NCBI GenBank assembly: GCA_024679065.1
Contig: JAGIQG010000008.1
Coordinates: 97,216,001 to 97,280,000, forward strand
Origin: Sphyrna mokarran
Taxonomy: Eukaryota
Reading direction: 5' to 3'
DNA length: 64,000 nucleotides
Both the position numbers and the translations under genes were made by a program. Each line of letters begins with the position of its first letter. The stretch's first letter is position 1. This document shows, in pieces, positions 14,821-27,110 of the stretch. The notes below the pieces were generated by a model, which saw only the letters and a list, made by a program, of their open reading frames with translations, was not told the DNA's origin and ran no database searches.

Positions 14821-16595
14821 TAGAAAATATTCTTGAACTTATTGCATTTACACAGTTAGACTTCCTAGTAATGAGGGAAGAAGTTTAGAGTGCAATGGAC
14901 CAATGATTCCCTAATCCTGCTGGCAGGTACAGCATTATTAGATCAGGTAATAGTATGTAATATTGTAATTGCACCATCCAGTGTAGGTGACAAGCTCATA
15001 CAGTAAACCCCTCTGAAAGATGGCTTACACTGTGGGGCTACAGCCCCCAAGGGCAGGTTTGGGCCAGACCAATGAGAAGTTCTGTCCAAAAAGGGGTCAA
15101 TTCAGACATGAGTGCTTCACATGCTAGGGTTGCCTCGACACAAAGTGCAGTCAATGCTGAACACAAATGTTTTTAAGGCTCAAGAGGGATTTAGCTGTGA
15201 GCTGGACACTGACCGACTCACATCACATGATACTCCTGGTGGCATCTAGCCACTCCTCCATAGTCCAGTATACACTGGCTCTTGTCACCCCGAACCCTCT
15301 CTTCTGACTAATCACATGAAACTATGTTGCTGGGAACTGGACTCAATTAGTACCATCCTGGAACAGCCTCATCCACTCACTGTGACTCTCTTCCACTCAT
15401 CCAGATGCTCCCACTCACCACCTTCTTGTCCAATTCTCTCCCTTCCCTTCTCTTCCTGACTCTCCCATCAGAGCCCCTTTTGTCCTCTCCTTCCATCTCA
15501 TCAATCGCCTCCTGAGTCCTCCCTCACAGTAAAGGTTGAGGAGAGTGATGAGGCAAGTAGGAGAGATGGTGAGTTGCAGGAAGCTTGAGAGTGAAGTGGC
15601 CTGTAGTATGGAGTCAGCCTTTGTGAGGCACGTAGAAGCTAGACTGTTTCTTTTCTATTTTGAAGATTATTTTACTTGCAAATGCAGGAATTTAGGAATG
15701 TACTGTATAGTATTTCAGCTTACAAGGTAAAACTTTTTTTGACCAGAATAGTCCTACAGAACGTGACTGCAGTTTTTACACTGGTTGCAATGGGAAAAAT
15801 GTTCACTCGAAGTTTTCAGGAAAGCTATTTAACGAGAAATTACTGTATAATTCATCATGAGACACAACTCATTATTGCTGCATGTGTACCAAATATATAT
15901 TGTGTTATACATACATTCTGCTTCTCATGAAGTGGTGAGAGAAATTATACACAATGCAGAATTTGAGCCTAAAGTGTGATATATTTTGGAGCTCTAGGAA
16001 GCACAGAACCTAACATAATTTAATTAAGTATCCATTTAATTTGAGAGAAGGTTTCAAATTTGTTTTGGTATTCATTTGCAGACTGAGTTTGTCACCAACT
16101 ATGACAGCATTGACTACTGATCCTAATTATCTTGCTGTCTTTGGTGGCGGGTCCAATAACTGGATTAGATCAGGCTTAGATCATTTCAGATGTGGCGCCT
16201 TAAGGGATTGGAACTCCGACTGGATTTTCCTTACTAAAGCATTCAGTAAATATTCTTAAGACGGCATTGACAGTCATTTTTGACTTCAACCAAATTTTAA
16301 ACAAAATGAATTCAGGTTATTTTAAAACTAAACAACTGCCCAACAGGAAGACAATGGGTGGGGCTGGACAAAATATAATTTTGTAACTTTTTCCACACAA
16401 GTAGATATACCGTCAATGACAAGAACTGACTGCAACAAACACATATACACAAGTTTTAAAGTTGTTTAAAATGGTCAGTTCCGGAGAAAAGTTTATAATT
16501 CTGCTTCAAGTTAAGCGTCCATTTTGTGGGTCGACTTTTCTTTTGAAACAAGACAATTTGCAGGACAGAAGCCGCACACCACACTGTTCCTCTAC

Positions 16596-16695
16596 CTGTC
16601 GGAGAGGCAAACCACACAGTAAGCAGAGTTCCAAACAGGAAGAAGCGAACACCAACTCCAAACCTCCACTGGACGTGGATTTTATCCAGCAACAT
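16596..16695 (-). CDS. Gene A proximal candidate leader (signal peptide) exon
   Basis: MLLDKIHVQWRFGVGVRFFLFGTLLTVWFASPT then G|GTAGAG; 100 nt, phase-1 donor compatible with the IgV exon at 10450. Confidence 0.7.
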
Positions 16696-18779
16696 CAGGG
16701 CAGCCGTTTCACAAAATAAAGAGGAAAATAATTTTTAGTTTTGATTTTGTTCACTTCTCGTTCACATGGTTCCTTCCTCTAGCCGAACTGCTGTGCTACT
16801 TCAGTGTGATACTGTTTCAACATTTCAATCGTGTCACCACAGTAAGTTCTGTTACCATTTCACAACAGCAATTTTAACATCTTCTTGGTGGTGAGAGAGA
16901 GAAAGAAAGAGACAGTGAAGTTAGTTGGTGTGGAGAGCCACAAACCAATGAGGGGACTTGAGGGTTAGAAGAAACAAGCTGACAGCCAACTTGCTGTGAA
17001 TCACAGAGAGAGAGATCAGAAGCTGTAGTGAGATGAGGAGCAACAAAATTGTGCAGAACAGCTTCAGTTCCTGAGAGACTGAGTGAGGATCAGATGACAG
17101 TCTGATTTAAACAATAGCTTTAAGATGTTTGAGAATTTACTTTGGGTTTTCAATATAGTAAAAATGATTAGTATAAAGGGGTAAAGCATTTCAAGAGAAG
17201 AGGAGGAGGAGTGCCAGCTATTAGTCATCTCTTTTGAACACCTTTTGGTGACAGTTCCAGTCTTAAGGCTGTTGGATAATGGTAAGTGACTTAACAGCGG
17301 TCTAGTCGGAATATTGGTACAGGTGTTCAAAGTTAGTGAGCCAGTCGTAAGACTGAGAGAAGTAGTTCAGATGGCTTGCACACACTATTGTACACTTTGA
17401 ATATGGAGAGATTGAAAATTGTACCTTATTATAATAAGAGATGAGGGAAATAATCAAATGGAATAAATGAGGTAAGGGAAATGAACAGTATAATAAAAGA
17501 TATGTTATAGAAGGGCTGGTAGTAAACAGATGAGGACAGAATTAAATGGGATTCATTTGATGGAAAACAACAACGATGATAAAAATACTAATTTAAATTG
17601 ATTCTAAAAGGTAAAATACTGTTTAGGTGATAGTTATGGATAAATGGACAATTTTTTTTAAAGAAAGAAGAGATGAGAAAAGCACTAAGTAAGAAATGAT
17701 GTTATTTAAGATAAGAATAACTTAGCAAATAAGTTACTGCCCGGGATCAAATTGCAAGGTTTAAATTCTGGTTCAAAGATGTTACGTTACAGAATTCTGG
17801 GAAAAAAATAAGAAATTTCACTATACTGGAAGAAGATTGCATTTAAAGCCTTTCACCAGAAAAGGGATAAGACAGGTATTAAAGGTATTTATATTTACTG
17901 CCGGAGTTTTGTGCAGAGTTATGTAAAATCTGCGTATCTTTTACTGGGAGATAAGCATGTAGTAATCAGCAGAGATATCAGGGAAAATCCTGTAGGTGGA
18001 TCCATTGTACATGAAATGGAACGTGAATGTGTTGCAGGATTAAATGAAGAGGCAAGTGAAGGATTAGCAGAGAAATCACTAGCAGGAGAAGGGGTAATTA
18101 ACCTATTGGTAGATGGTACAAGAAGATGTTAATGGAAAACCCCGTACAGCATAAAAAGGGGGAGGTGATTGCAGGGGAGCAGATCCTGGGAACTGATTCA
18201 GGACAAGTAGCAGAATTGATAGCTTTTACTAAAACGTTAGAGTGAAGCAGAGGGAAAAAGGTTGATGTTTTTACAGACAGCTATTACACTTTTGGAGTTG
18301 TGCATGATTACATGGCAGCTTGGCGCAGACTTGATTTTGTGACTTTAAGTGGGGGGCATATACAAATATGAGATTCTAATGAGAAATTTACTCTAAGCAC
18401 CCGTGTTCCTTTAGAGGCAGAGGTAACAAAGATCCAAGCTCACTGGAAAGTTGAGAATAAAGTGTTTCATCAGAAGGAATTCCTCAAATGCACACAATAA
18501 AAATGTAACAAAATTTACTCCAGCTCATAAATCAAAGGAAGAATTTAGTAAAGAAATTTCATTACTCCAAACTTGGAATGGCCTCACCATGGGCCACTCC
18601 AAGCTCTCCACAATTCCGAATATTAATAGTGGGTCAGCTGACCAGCAGACTATTACATCATTCTGTAATTGGTTCCATGGTTTACTGGGTCAATAGACAC
18701 TTACAGCTTGTTATCATTGGTCACATTACATCCAACATAAAGTGGTCACTGGCTACATTCTAACAGATTCCTTTATTTT

Positions 18780-19280
18780 AATTTTTTTCTCAAAATAGTT
18801 TAAGACAACCATCTTTCAATATTCTTAATAAGTTTCCAGTACCTGCACTCCTTTTTGTAAAACACTCAGATACCTGTAGATTTGCACCGACCCAATTAAC
18901 TTTGGAAACTTCCTTGTTTTCCAGCATTTAACACTGGCCATATCAATTCTTAGTCGTTTTTCTGATACATCTTTTGTTGAGTGTCCCATAAAAAACGATT
19001 GTCCACATAACGCTCAGTTGACACTTTGTTGCCCGATGTGCCCATAAAAAATTCTGTTAATGTGTCAGACAAATATATCCCCATATCTAACACCTCCACC
19101 AATGCTAAGGTTTCAGCCACCAATGTGCTTTTGACTCCCCTTTTTATTTTCTTTGCTTTCCAAGCCAAGAGGCAACATTTTTCTTTCTTACCTAACAGGA
19201 ATATTATGAATCCAGCACAGCTTGAATGTCTATCTGGTAGACTGCATGTGAAGCATCACTAAACATAACTAACCTCACGT
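18780..19280 (-). mobile_element. Ty1/copia retrotransposon RNase H fragment nested in the ERV
   Basis: FSDASHA...LAWKAKKIKRGVKSTLVAETLAL...YVDN...LQVSECFTK matches the copia RNase H motif order. Confidence 0.8.
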
Positions 19281-19650
19281 GCTTCACGTTGTTAGTGTAC
19301 GGTTGACCTGGATGGGCAACATGATGGGCAACATGACAGCTCAGTGACTATCGCTGTGCTGTGCAGATACATGGATTTGAGCCTGTGTCTGTGGGAGTTT
19401 GCGCATTCTCCCCGTGCTTGCGTGGTTTTCTCCGGGTGCTCCGGTTTCCTCCCACATCCCAAAGATGTGCTCTTAGGCTAACTGGCAAAACAAATTCTCC
19501 CTAAATTGTCTCAAATTTGGTTTTTAATCCATAGATCTATAAATATAGACAGAGATCACAGGTAGAGGTGGGAACATAGGGGTGGTGGCGCGGGCTCATT
19601 GGGCTGAAGGGCCTGTTTCCCGTTTGTTTTGTTCTTTGTTCTTTATTCTT
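19280..19650 (+). mobile_element. 3' UTR-only fragment of the SINE-tailed CR1 family (see 41175-42150)
   Basis: Nearly identical to 41789-42150; ends in (TTCTTTG)n. Confidence 0.8.
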
Positions 19651-21094
19651 TGTAAAACAGAAGTTGTACAAACTGTTGTGATGATCACATGTTTACATCA
19701 TTTTAGTATTAAATATACGATACTGGCTGAAGCAGAGCCAATATTTGGGATGATTCATCCTTCTGGAGAGGAACATATGAACACATTTATATATGGTACG
19801 TAAATATGTAAATATGATTAACTAGTCAAAGTGTTGGGTTTGTTCACATAGTCATATCCAAGTGGGAGAAGGAATATCTTTACAGTCAACACCCGTAACA
19901 TGGTCAGAATGATAATGGCAGATTAGGTATCCCAGGAGACTAAATATTGTAGACACCACATTTCAGGATTTGACCATACAAGGATTTGAATGGAGAAAGT
20001 TCCATAGCAGTAGGGACTGTGCAGAGATGATAGGTTATATGAGGAAGTACACATCCATTTATAATCTATAAAAATCAGCCCCTAATCTGATTTTGAAACA
20101 ATCAAACCTGAAACCAAAAGGAACCTGCTGTGTAGAGAATTTGAAAGGCCCTGGGAAAAATTTAGTGGTAAGTGAAGACAACTACAAAGTAGGTCAGAAT
20201 AGCCACCCAAAGGAGATGAGTCATTTGCTGTATCCTATAACTTTAAAGGCTGCAAAGCTTATGCAACACTTACTGGATCTGTGCAGACAAAGCATATCCT
20301 TGGCTCCCTATTGGATGGAAGGGGTCATGCTACTTTGGATATGTGCTCCCATCCCATACCATATTCACAAACTCCCTCCCTTGCCATCAACGGACAATTT
20401 CAGAAACAAAATGATTCATTAGTATACTATTTCCCCAATATGGAGAGCCTAAAATAATGTGAGAGGTTATAATATTGCGCTCCATTTCAGAACAAGTTGC
20501 CAATAACATAGCTACTGCTCTAGCTGCAATAAATAATGGGATGGTTGTCCTGCACACTGTGGTGCTTCAACTGATTGGCATTGGATTATGTCTTGGCAGC
20601 GAGGGGTGGACTTGTGGAGTGATTGGGTCAGAATGTTGCCCTACATATCAGATAGTTCAGAAAACATAACTAATCCGACTGTTTACGTCAGAAAAGACGT
20701 GGAGAAAATTAAACAACCACCATAATGGTTATGAGAATGGGTGGGTGCTGTGGAAATGTCAATCCTACAAGACTGCAATATTTTTCATGGTGATTTACGC
20801 ATTGATGGCACTGATCAATGCAGTTAAGTGTGCCTGTGCAAGACTGTTCATGTCCACAGAAGTGATAGCACCAGTGATGGCTGTTAAGTTGAGCAAGAAA
20901 GGATACTAAGGGTCCAGTTGTATTCCAGGATGAATGTGTGGGACACCTCCATTTAGTGGCCTTATCTTGGGCTAGCCAAAGTGCAAAATCAGGTACTGAA
21001 GAAGGGTTATATAAAATTCTGAGTACAAAAGCCCCTCATTTTAAATGTATTATAATAAATAGACTAAATTAAAATGAAGATTACGTCACCTTAC

Positions 21095-22675
21095 TAGTAC
21101 ATAAAAGAAAATAGTAAGAGTATTTTAATATATAAAAGGTAAGAGATAAACAAAAATTGGACCACTGAAAAATGAGGCTAGAGAAGTAATAATAGGAAAC
21201 AAAGAAATGGTAGAGAAACTGAATAGTTACTTTGTATCAGTCTTTATGGTGGAAGTCACCAGTGGGATGCAACAGCTCCGGAAGAATTGGTGGCACAAGT
21301 GAGTAGGAATGGCCATCACTAAGGAGAAGGTTCTGGGAAAACTGAAAGGTCTGAAGATGGATAAATAGCCTGGACCAGATGGAGTACACCCCAGGATTCC
21401 AACAGAAACAACTGAGGGAATTGTGGAGGCATTGGTGGTGATCTTTCAGGAATCACTGGAAACAGAGAGGGTTCCGGAAGACTGGAAAGTAAATAATGTA
21501 ACACTGCTGTTTAAGAAGAGAGGGAGGCGGTAGACAGGAAATTATAGGCTGGTTAGCCTGATTTTGGTCATTGGCAAGATTTTAGAGTCCATTAGTAAAG
21601 ATGAGATCATAAATACCTGAAAGCGCATGGTAAAATAGGACTGCATCAGCATGGCTTCATCAAAGAAAGGTCATGTTTGACAAATACGTTACAGTTCTTT
21701 GAGTTAACAAGGAAGTTAGATAAAGGAAAACAAGTGGACATGATTTATTTAGATTTCCAGAAGGCTGTTGACAAGTTGCCACATAGAAGACTGTTCAATA
21801 AGTTAAAAGCCCATAATGTTAAGGGTAAGTCCTATCCAGATAGAGGATTAGTCAACTGGCTGAAGGCAGAGAGTGGGGATAAAGGGGTCTTCTTCAGGAA
21901 AGCAGCCTGAAGCCTGATAGTGGTGTGCCTCAGGGGTCAGTGCTGAGTCCACAACTTTTCACAATATACATTAATGATTTGGAAAAAAAGAACTTTTGAG
22001 AAGCTAGAAGTAATTGTGGAACTAAAAAGAAGGTACTATTGCTAAGTTTGCAAATGATGCAAAGATATATAGAGGGACAGGTAGTATTGAGAAAGCAGGG
22101 AGGCTACAGAAGTATTTGAACAGGCTAGGACAGTGGACAAAGAAATGACAGATAGAATACAATGTGGAAAAGTGTGAGATTAAGTACTTTGGAAAGAGGA
22201 ATGGAGACATAAATTATTTTCTAAATGGGAAAATGCTTAAGAAATCAGAAGCATAATGGGAGTGTTCTCCCTTTGGGAGTAGGAGTCCTTATTCAAGATT
22301 CTCTTAAGTGTAACATGCAGGTTCAATTAGCAGTTAGGAAGGCAAATGCAATGTTGGCATTCATGTCGAGAGAGCTAGTATATAAAAGCAGTGTTGTACT
22401 TCTGAGGCTGTATAAAACTTTGGTCAGATCCCGTTTGGAGTATTGTGAGCAGCGTTGGGCCTCCTATCTAAGGAAGGATGTCCTGGTCTTGGAAAGGGTC
22501 CAGAAGAGCTTCACAAGAATGATCCCTGAAATGAAGAGCTTGTCATATGAGGAACAGTGAAGACTCCGGATTTATACTCATTGGAGTTTCGGGATCTCGT
22601 TGAAATGTACGGGATACTGCGAGGCCTGGGTAGAGTGGACATGGAGGGGATATTTCCACTAGTAGGAAAAACTAG
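21095..22675 (+). mobile_element. CR1 LINE fragment (RT), degraded
   Basis: [37 protein letters not shown]. Confidence 0.88.
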
Positions 22676-23835
22676 TACAGAAAACATAACTAATCTGGCT
22701 GCCCATATCAGAAAAGAGGTGGAGAGAATTAAACAACCACCATGGTCTACCTTGGGTGAATGCGGAAAATCAATCCTATAAGAGATTGCAATTTTTTTAT
22801 GGCGATTTCAGCACTGATGGCACTGGTTAATGTAGTTAAGTGTGCCTGTGAAATAGCACCAGCGATGACAGTTAAGTTGAGCAAGGAAGAATACAAAGGA
22901 GCTAGTCGCTCTCCAGGACACAGGAACAAGTGTTCAGACACCTCTATTTAGTGGCCTATCTTAGGCTGGCCAAAGGCCAAAAGCAGGGACTGAAGAAGGG
23001 TTATATAAAACTCTTAGTACAAAACCCCTCATGTTAAATGTATGATAATAAATAGACTAGGTTAAGGTGAAGATTACAAGGTGCCTTAGATATAGAATAA
23101 TGATTACGTAAAGGTATTGCCTGTATATCGACAATTTAACCAAGTATCATAAAACTAAACTGCATTATTAATGTGTTTCTTGTGAATCTTGGCCAACAAG
23201 AGAACTAACCGCTCAGCATGGTTGGATATAGACCGTATGAGACATACCAAATTCTTTTGGGACAAAAGGAGCATAAGGAGCAGTTTTGCTTATCAGTTTG
23301 AGTGAGGCAGCTGCAAGCTAATCAACAAAGAACAAAGAACAAAGAGCAACACAGCACGGGAAACAGGCCCTTCGGCCCAACAAGCCCGCGCCGCCGTCCT
23401 AACGTCTTAATGACAATTAGGGACCAATATAGGGAAAATTTGTTGCCCAATCAGCCTAAGAGCACATTTTTGGGATGTGGGAGGAAACCGGAGCACCCGG
23501 AGAAAACCCACGCAACCACGGGGAGAACGCGCAAACTCCCGCAGACAAAGGCCCAAATCCATGTGTCTGCACAGCAACAGCGATAGTCTCTGAGCTGTCA
23601 TGTTGCCCATCAGATGGTCCAATTTAAGCATACACTAACGACATGAAGCACTAGGCCACTCCTGAAGCAACATCCAAGAGCAGCCCTCGCACGACCTGCC
23701 GAATGCATGGACCGAATAACCTGTGGAATCAGAGCATGGAATATATGGGAGTACATTGGTCCATGGTTGCTGAGGCTGATGCAGCTGATAAATGAGGAGG
23801 ATTTGGGCTCCTCTTACCAATTAAAATTTGCAGGT
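22676..23835 (+). mobile_element. Second ERV env 3' end, polypurine tract and LTR
   Basis: 22679 onward is paralogous to 20659 onward (ENITNL...RKEVERIKQPP, hydrophobic TM FFMAISALMALVNVV); aaaagcagggac|TGAAGAAGGG at 22991. Confidence 0.8.
23325..23727 (-). mobile_element. 3' UTR fragment of a SINE-tailed CR1 inserted in the LTR
   Basis: Absent from LTR copy 1; flanked by AATCA; V-domain core and (CAAAGAA)n tail. Confidence 0.75.
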
Positions 23836-24827
23836 GTAAGAAAATATTCTTGAATTTGCTGCATTTATGTAGTTAGGTTTCCTAGTAACAAGGGAAGAAT
23901 TTTCAGGTGCAATGAACCAATGATCTCCTAATCCTGCTCACAGGTACAGCATTATTGGCTAATGTGTAACATTGTAATTGGATGCTCCAATGTGGGTGAC
24001 AAGCTGAGTGAGACATTCAATCTCACATGTACTGTCATGTCAGACAGGATAGTCAGCACTCACGGATGCATGTGTTAGTAAGTAACAAAACTTCCTTTCA
24101 TTCTTTGACCACATGTTACCTTTCATGATCTCTGTAGTGGTTGAGCGAATAAAAGACACCCCCTGGACACCCTGGAAAATTCCTCTTACAAATGCGAATG
24201 CCGCTCCTTTCCTGTGTGGCTAGGATCTGGAGTATGGGATTGAAGCGCAACCAAAAATTGCAGAGCAGCCTTTTCAGATAATGAAAAATGGGTTGCATCC
24301 TCCGAACTCAAAATAACTATAGAACATAGACTCCACGAGACACAGAAAATGCAGGCAGATGAAGAGTTTGCTAACTGATTTTACTTTCCATTGTATGGGG
24401 TTGTTGTTTACAATATTCTCCTGATGATGAAATGGAAGATTCCTTGTAGAGAGCCATTCACCGTGACTTTGCCTCCTCTGGAGATAGGATGGAACACCAC
24501 AATGTGTCCAGGCAGCTGGCAAGTGCAAGTGGAGGTTGCGCAGCAACAGCCAATACAGTATACCCCTCTAAAAGATAGCTTAGACTGTGGGGCTATGGCC
24601 CCGAAGGGTGGTTTTGAGCCAGGCCAATGAGAGATTCTGTCCAAAATGACGTTAAGTCAGGCACTAGTGCTTCACGTGCCAAAGTCGCCTCGACACAAGA
24701 AATGCACTGTTTTTAAACCTCCAAAGGGATTTGGCTGTGAGCTGGGCATTGACCGACTCACATTACATCGTACTTTTGGTGACATCCAGCCATTCCTCCA
24801 CAGTCTATTTTCACCCAACTCTGGTCA

Positions 24828-25163
24828 CAGAATAGAATCCCTGGAGTATAGAAAGGGGCCATTTGGCCCATCAAATCTACACCGACCACAATCCCATCCA
24901 GGCCCTACCCCCATATCCCTACATATTTACCCACTAATCCCTCTAATCTATGCATCTCAGAACACTAAGGACATTTTATTAGCCTAGCCAATCAACCTAA
25001 TCCGCACATCTTTGGAATGTGTGAGGAAACCGGAGCACCCAGAGGAAACCCACGCAGACATGACGAGAATGTGCAAACTCCACACAGACAGTGACTCAAG
25101 CTGTGACTCGAACCCAGGTCCCTGGAGCTGTGAAACAACAGTGCTAACCACTATGCTACTGTG
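24828..25163 (-). mobile_element. tRNA-derived V-domain SINE (HE1-like)
   Basis: Head, V core (ggaaaccggagcacccagaggaaacccacgcagaca) and LINE-like tail; absent from duplication copy 1. Confidence 0.85.
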
Positions 25164-25700
25164 CACTCACTGTCCAAGAGCAGTCCAAGCCCTCTCTTCT
25201 ACCAATCACATGAACCTGTATTGGTGGAAGTGGCATGTGAGACCCATTGCACAGCCTTTCTCCCTCACTGTGACTCTCTTTGATTCATCCAGATGCTCCC
25301 ACTCATCCCTTTCCTGACCAACCAACCCTCTCTCACTTGTCACTTCCCTTCCTGACTCTCTCATCCAGAGCCCCTCTTGCCCCTTCCTTCCATCTCATCA
25401 CCCTCTCCTGAGTCCTCATTAAAGCAAAGCTTGAGGACAGTGATGTGGCAAGGAGGAGACTTGGTGAGTCTACGGGAAACTTGAGAGTGAAGTGGCCTGT
25501 GCGATGGAGTCAGTCTGCATCAGGAGTTAGCCCTTTTTTTATATATATTTTGAAGGTTATTTTATTTGCAAATGTAGGAATTTAGGAATGTACTGTACAG
25601 TATTTCAGCTTACAGAGTATGACTTTTTTTGATTAGAATGTTAAGGTATGTCAGAATGTCAAGGTTTGACCAGAATGTGCAGCACGGTAGCACAGAAGTG

Positions 25701-26043
25701 GGGCATGATAATACTGTGGTTAGTACTGCTGCTTCACAGCTGCAGGGGCCTAGATTTAATTCCTGGCTCAGGTCACTGTCTGTATGGAGTCTGCATATTC
25801 TCCACATGTCTGCATGGGTTTCCTCTGGGTATTCTGGTTTCTTCCCACGGTCCAAAGATGTGCGGGTTAGGGTTGATTAGCTACGCTAAAATTGCTCCTT
25901 AGTGTCCTGAGGTGCATAAGTTAAAGGGCGTAGCAGGTAAAATATGTAGGGATATGGGGTAGGGCCTGGGTGGGATTATAGTCGGTGCAGACTCGATGGG
26001 CCAAATGGCCTCTTTCTACACTGTAGGGTTCTATGATTCTATG
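25701..26043 (+). mobile_element. tRNA-derived V-domain SINE (HE1-like)
   Basis: Head, V core and tail ending (TTCTATGA)n; absent from duplication copy 1. Confidence 0.85.
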
Positions 26044-26927
26044 AATAATCCTACAGAACCTGACTGCAGGTTTTGCACAGATTGAATGGGAAAAATCTTC
26101 ACTCCAAGTTGTTTGACTTAAAGTTACATTTTTCATGAAAACGTCTTACGCCATTAAGCGAGAAATTACTGTATAATCCATAGTGCTACGCAACTCATCA
26201 TTGCTGCATGTGTACCAACTATACAGTGTATATATATACATATATATATCTGCTTCTCATGAAGTGATGAAAGAAATTATACACGATGCAGAATTTGTGC
26301 GATATATTTTGGAGATCTGGGAAGCACGGAACGTGACACACAACACAAATCCGTTTCATTTGAGAGAGGGTTTCAAGAAAATCGCAGACTGAGATTGTCA
26401 GCAGCTAGAAAGCATTTTCTTTGATAGCGGGTCCCATAAATTTCTTTGCCATCTTAGGTAGCGGGTCCAATAAATTAATTAGTGCTTCAGATCACTAAGA
26501 CATTTTATGGGACTGGTACTCCGATTAAGGCAGACTTTCCTCCTCACTAAAGGATTCAGCAAATATTCTCATGAATATTCACAGTCACTTTTGACTTAAA
26601 ACAAATTTAAAAATAACCTGAACTCATTTCGTTTAAGAGTAAACAACGGCCCCACAAGATGAGAATGGGTGGGGCTGGACAAGATATAATTTCGTAATTT
26701 TTTTTTCCACATAAGCAGATATACTGTCAATGACAAGAACTGACTTTAACAAATACACGCATACACATATACACTTATATACATCCTAAAGTTGTTTAAA
26801 ATGGTCAATTCCGGAGAAGAGTTTATCATTCTGCTTTAATTGTTAAGCCTCCATTTTGTGGGTCGGCTTTTCTTTTGAAACAAGACAATTTGCAGGACAG
26901 AAGCCGCACACCACGTTATTCCTTTAC

Positions 26928-27039
26928 CTGTCGGAGAGATCAAGCACACAGTAAGTAGAGCCCCAAACAGGAAGAAACGACCACCAGCCCCAAACCTCCA
27001 CTGGACGTGGATGTTATCCAACAACATCGGGGCAGCCAT
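26928..27039 (-). CDS. Gene A distal candidate leader (signal peptide) exon, paralog of 16596-16695
   Basis: MAAPMLLDNIHVQWRFGAGGRFFLFGALLTVCLISPT then G|GTAAAG; 112 nt, phase 1. Confidence 0.7.
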
Positions 27040-27065
27040 TTCACAAAATAAAGAGAAAAATGTCT

Positions 27066-27110
27066 AGTTTCGATTTTGTTTCCTTCTTGTTCACGTGGTT
27101 CCTTCCTCTA
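27066..27110 (-). promoter_or_regulatory. Putative promoter motifs upstream of the distal gene A leader: ISRE-like, E-box, ETS-like
   Basis: AGTTTCGATTT (27066-27076), CACGTG (27092-27097), CTTCCTCT. Motif match only. Confidence 0.35.

Larger units (their letters stand above)
14341..16894. repeat. Segmental duplication copy 1 (LTR, intron, gene A leader exon, promoter); copy 2 at about 22991-27220
   Basis: Colinear similarity throughout, ending at the shared cttcttggtggtga; copy 2 carries extra insertions. Confidence 0.9.
16894..21084 (+). mobile_element. Decayed class I (gamma/epsilon-like) endogenous retrovirus: pol RNase H remnant, env, polypurine tract, start of 3' LTR
   Basis: About 18100-18450: LLVDGT...GQVAELIAFTKTLE*SRGKKVDVFTDSYYTFGVVH...KIQAHWK. 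About 20560-20640: frameshifted LQ..LALDYVLAARGG plus CGVIGSECC (immunosuppressive domain and CX6CC). LTR start TGAAGAAGGG at about 20997. Left boundary inferred. Confidence 0.85.

Noticed and set aside
20093-20910. Domesticated (syncytin-like) env gene
   Set aside because: Multiple stops and frameshifts, including within the immunosuppressive domain.
25701-25770. tRNA-like sequences here and in the other SINE heads
   Set aside because: These are SINE heads joined to V core and tail, not intact tRNA genes.
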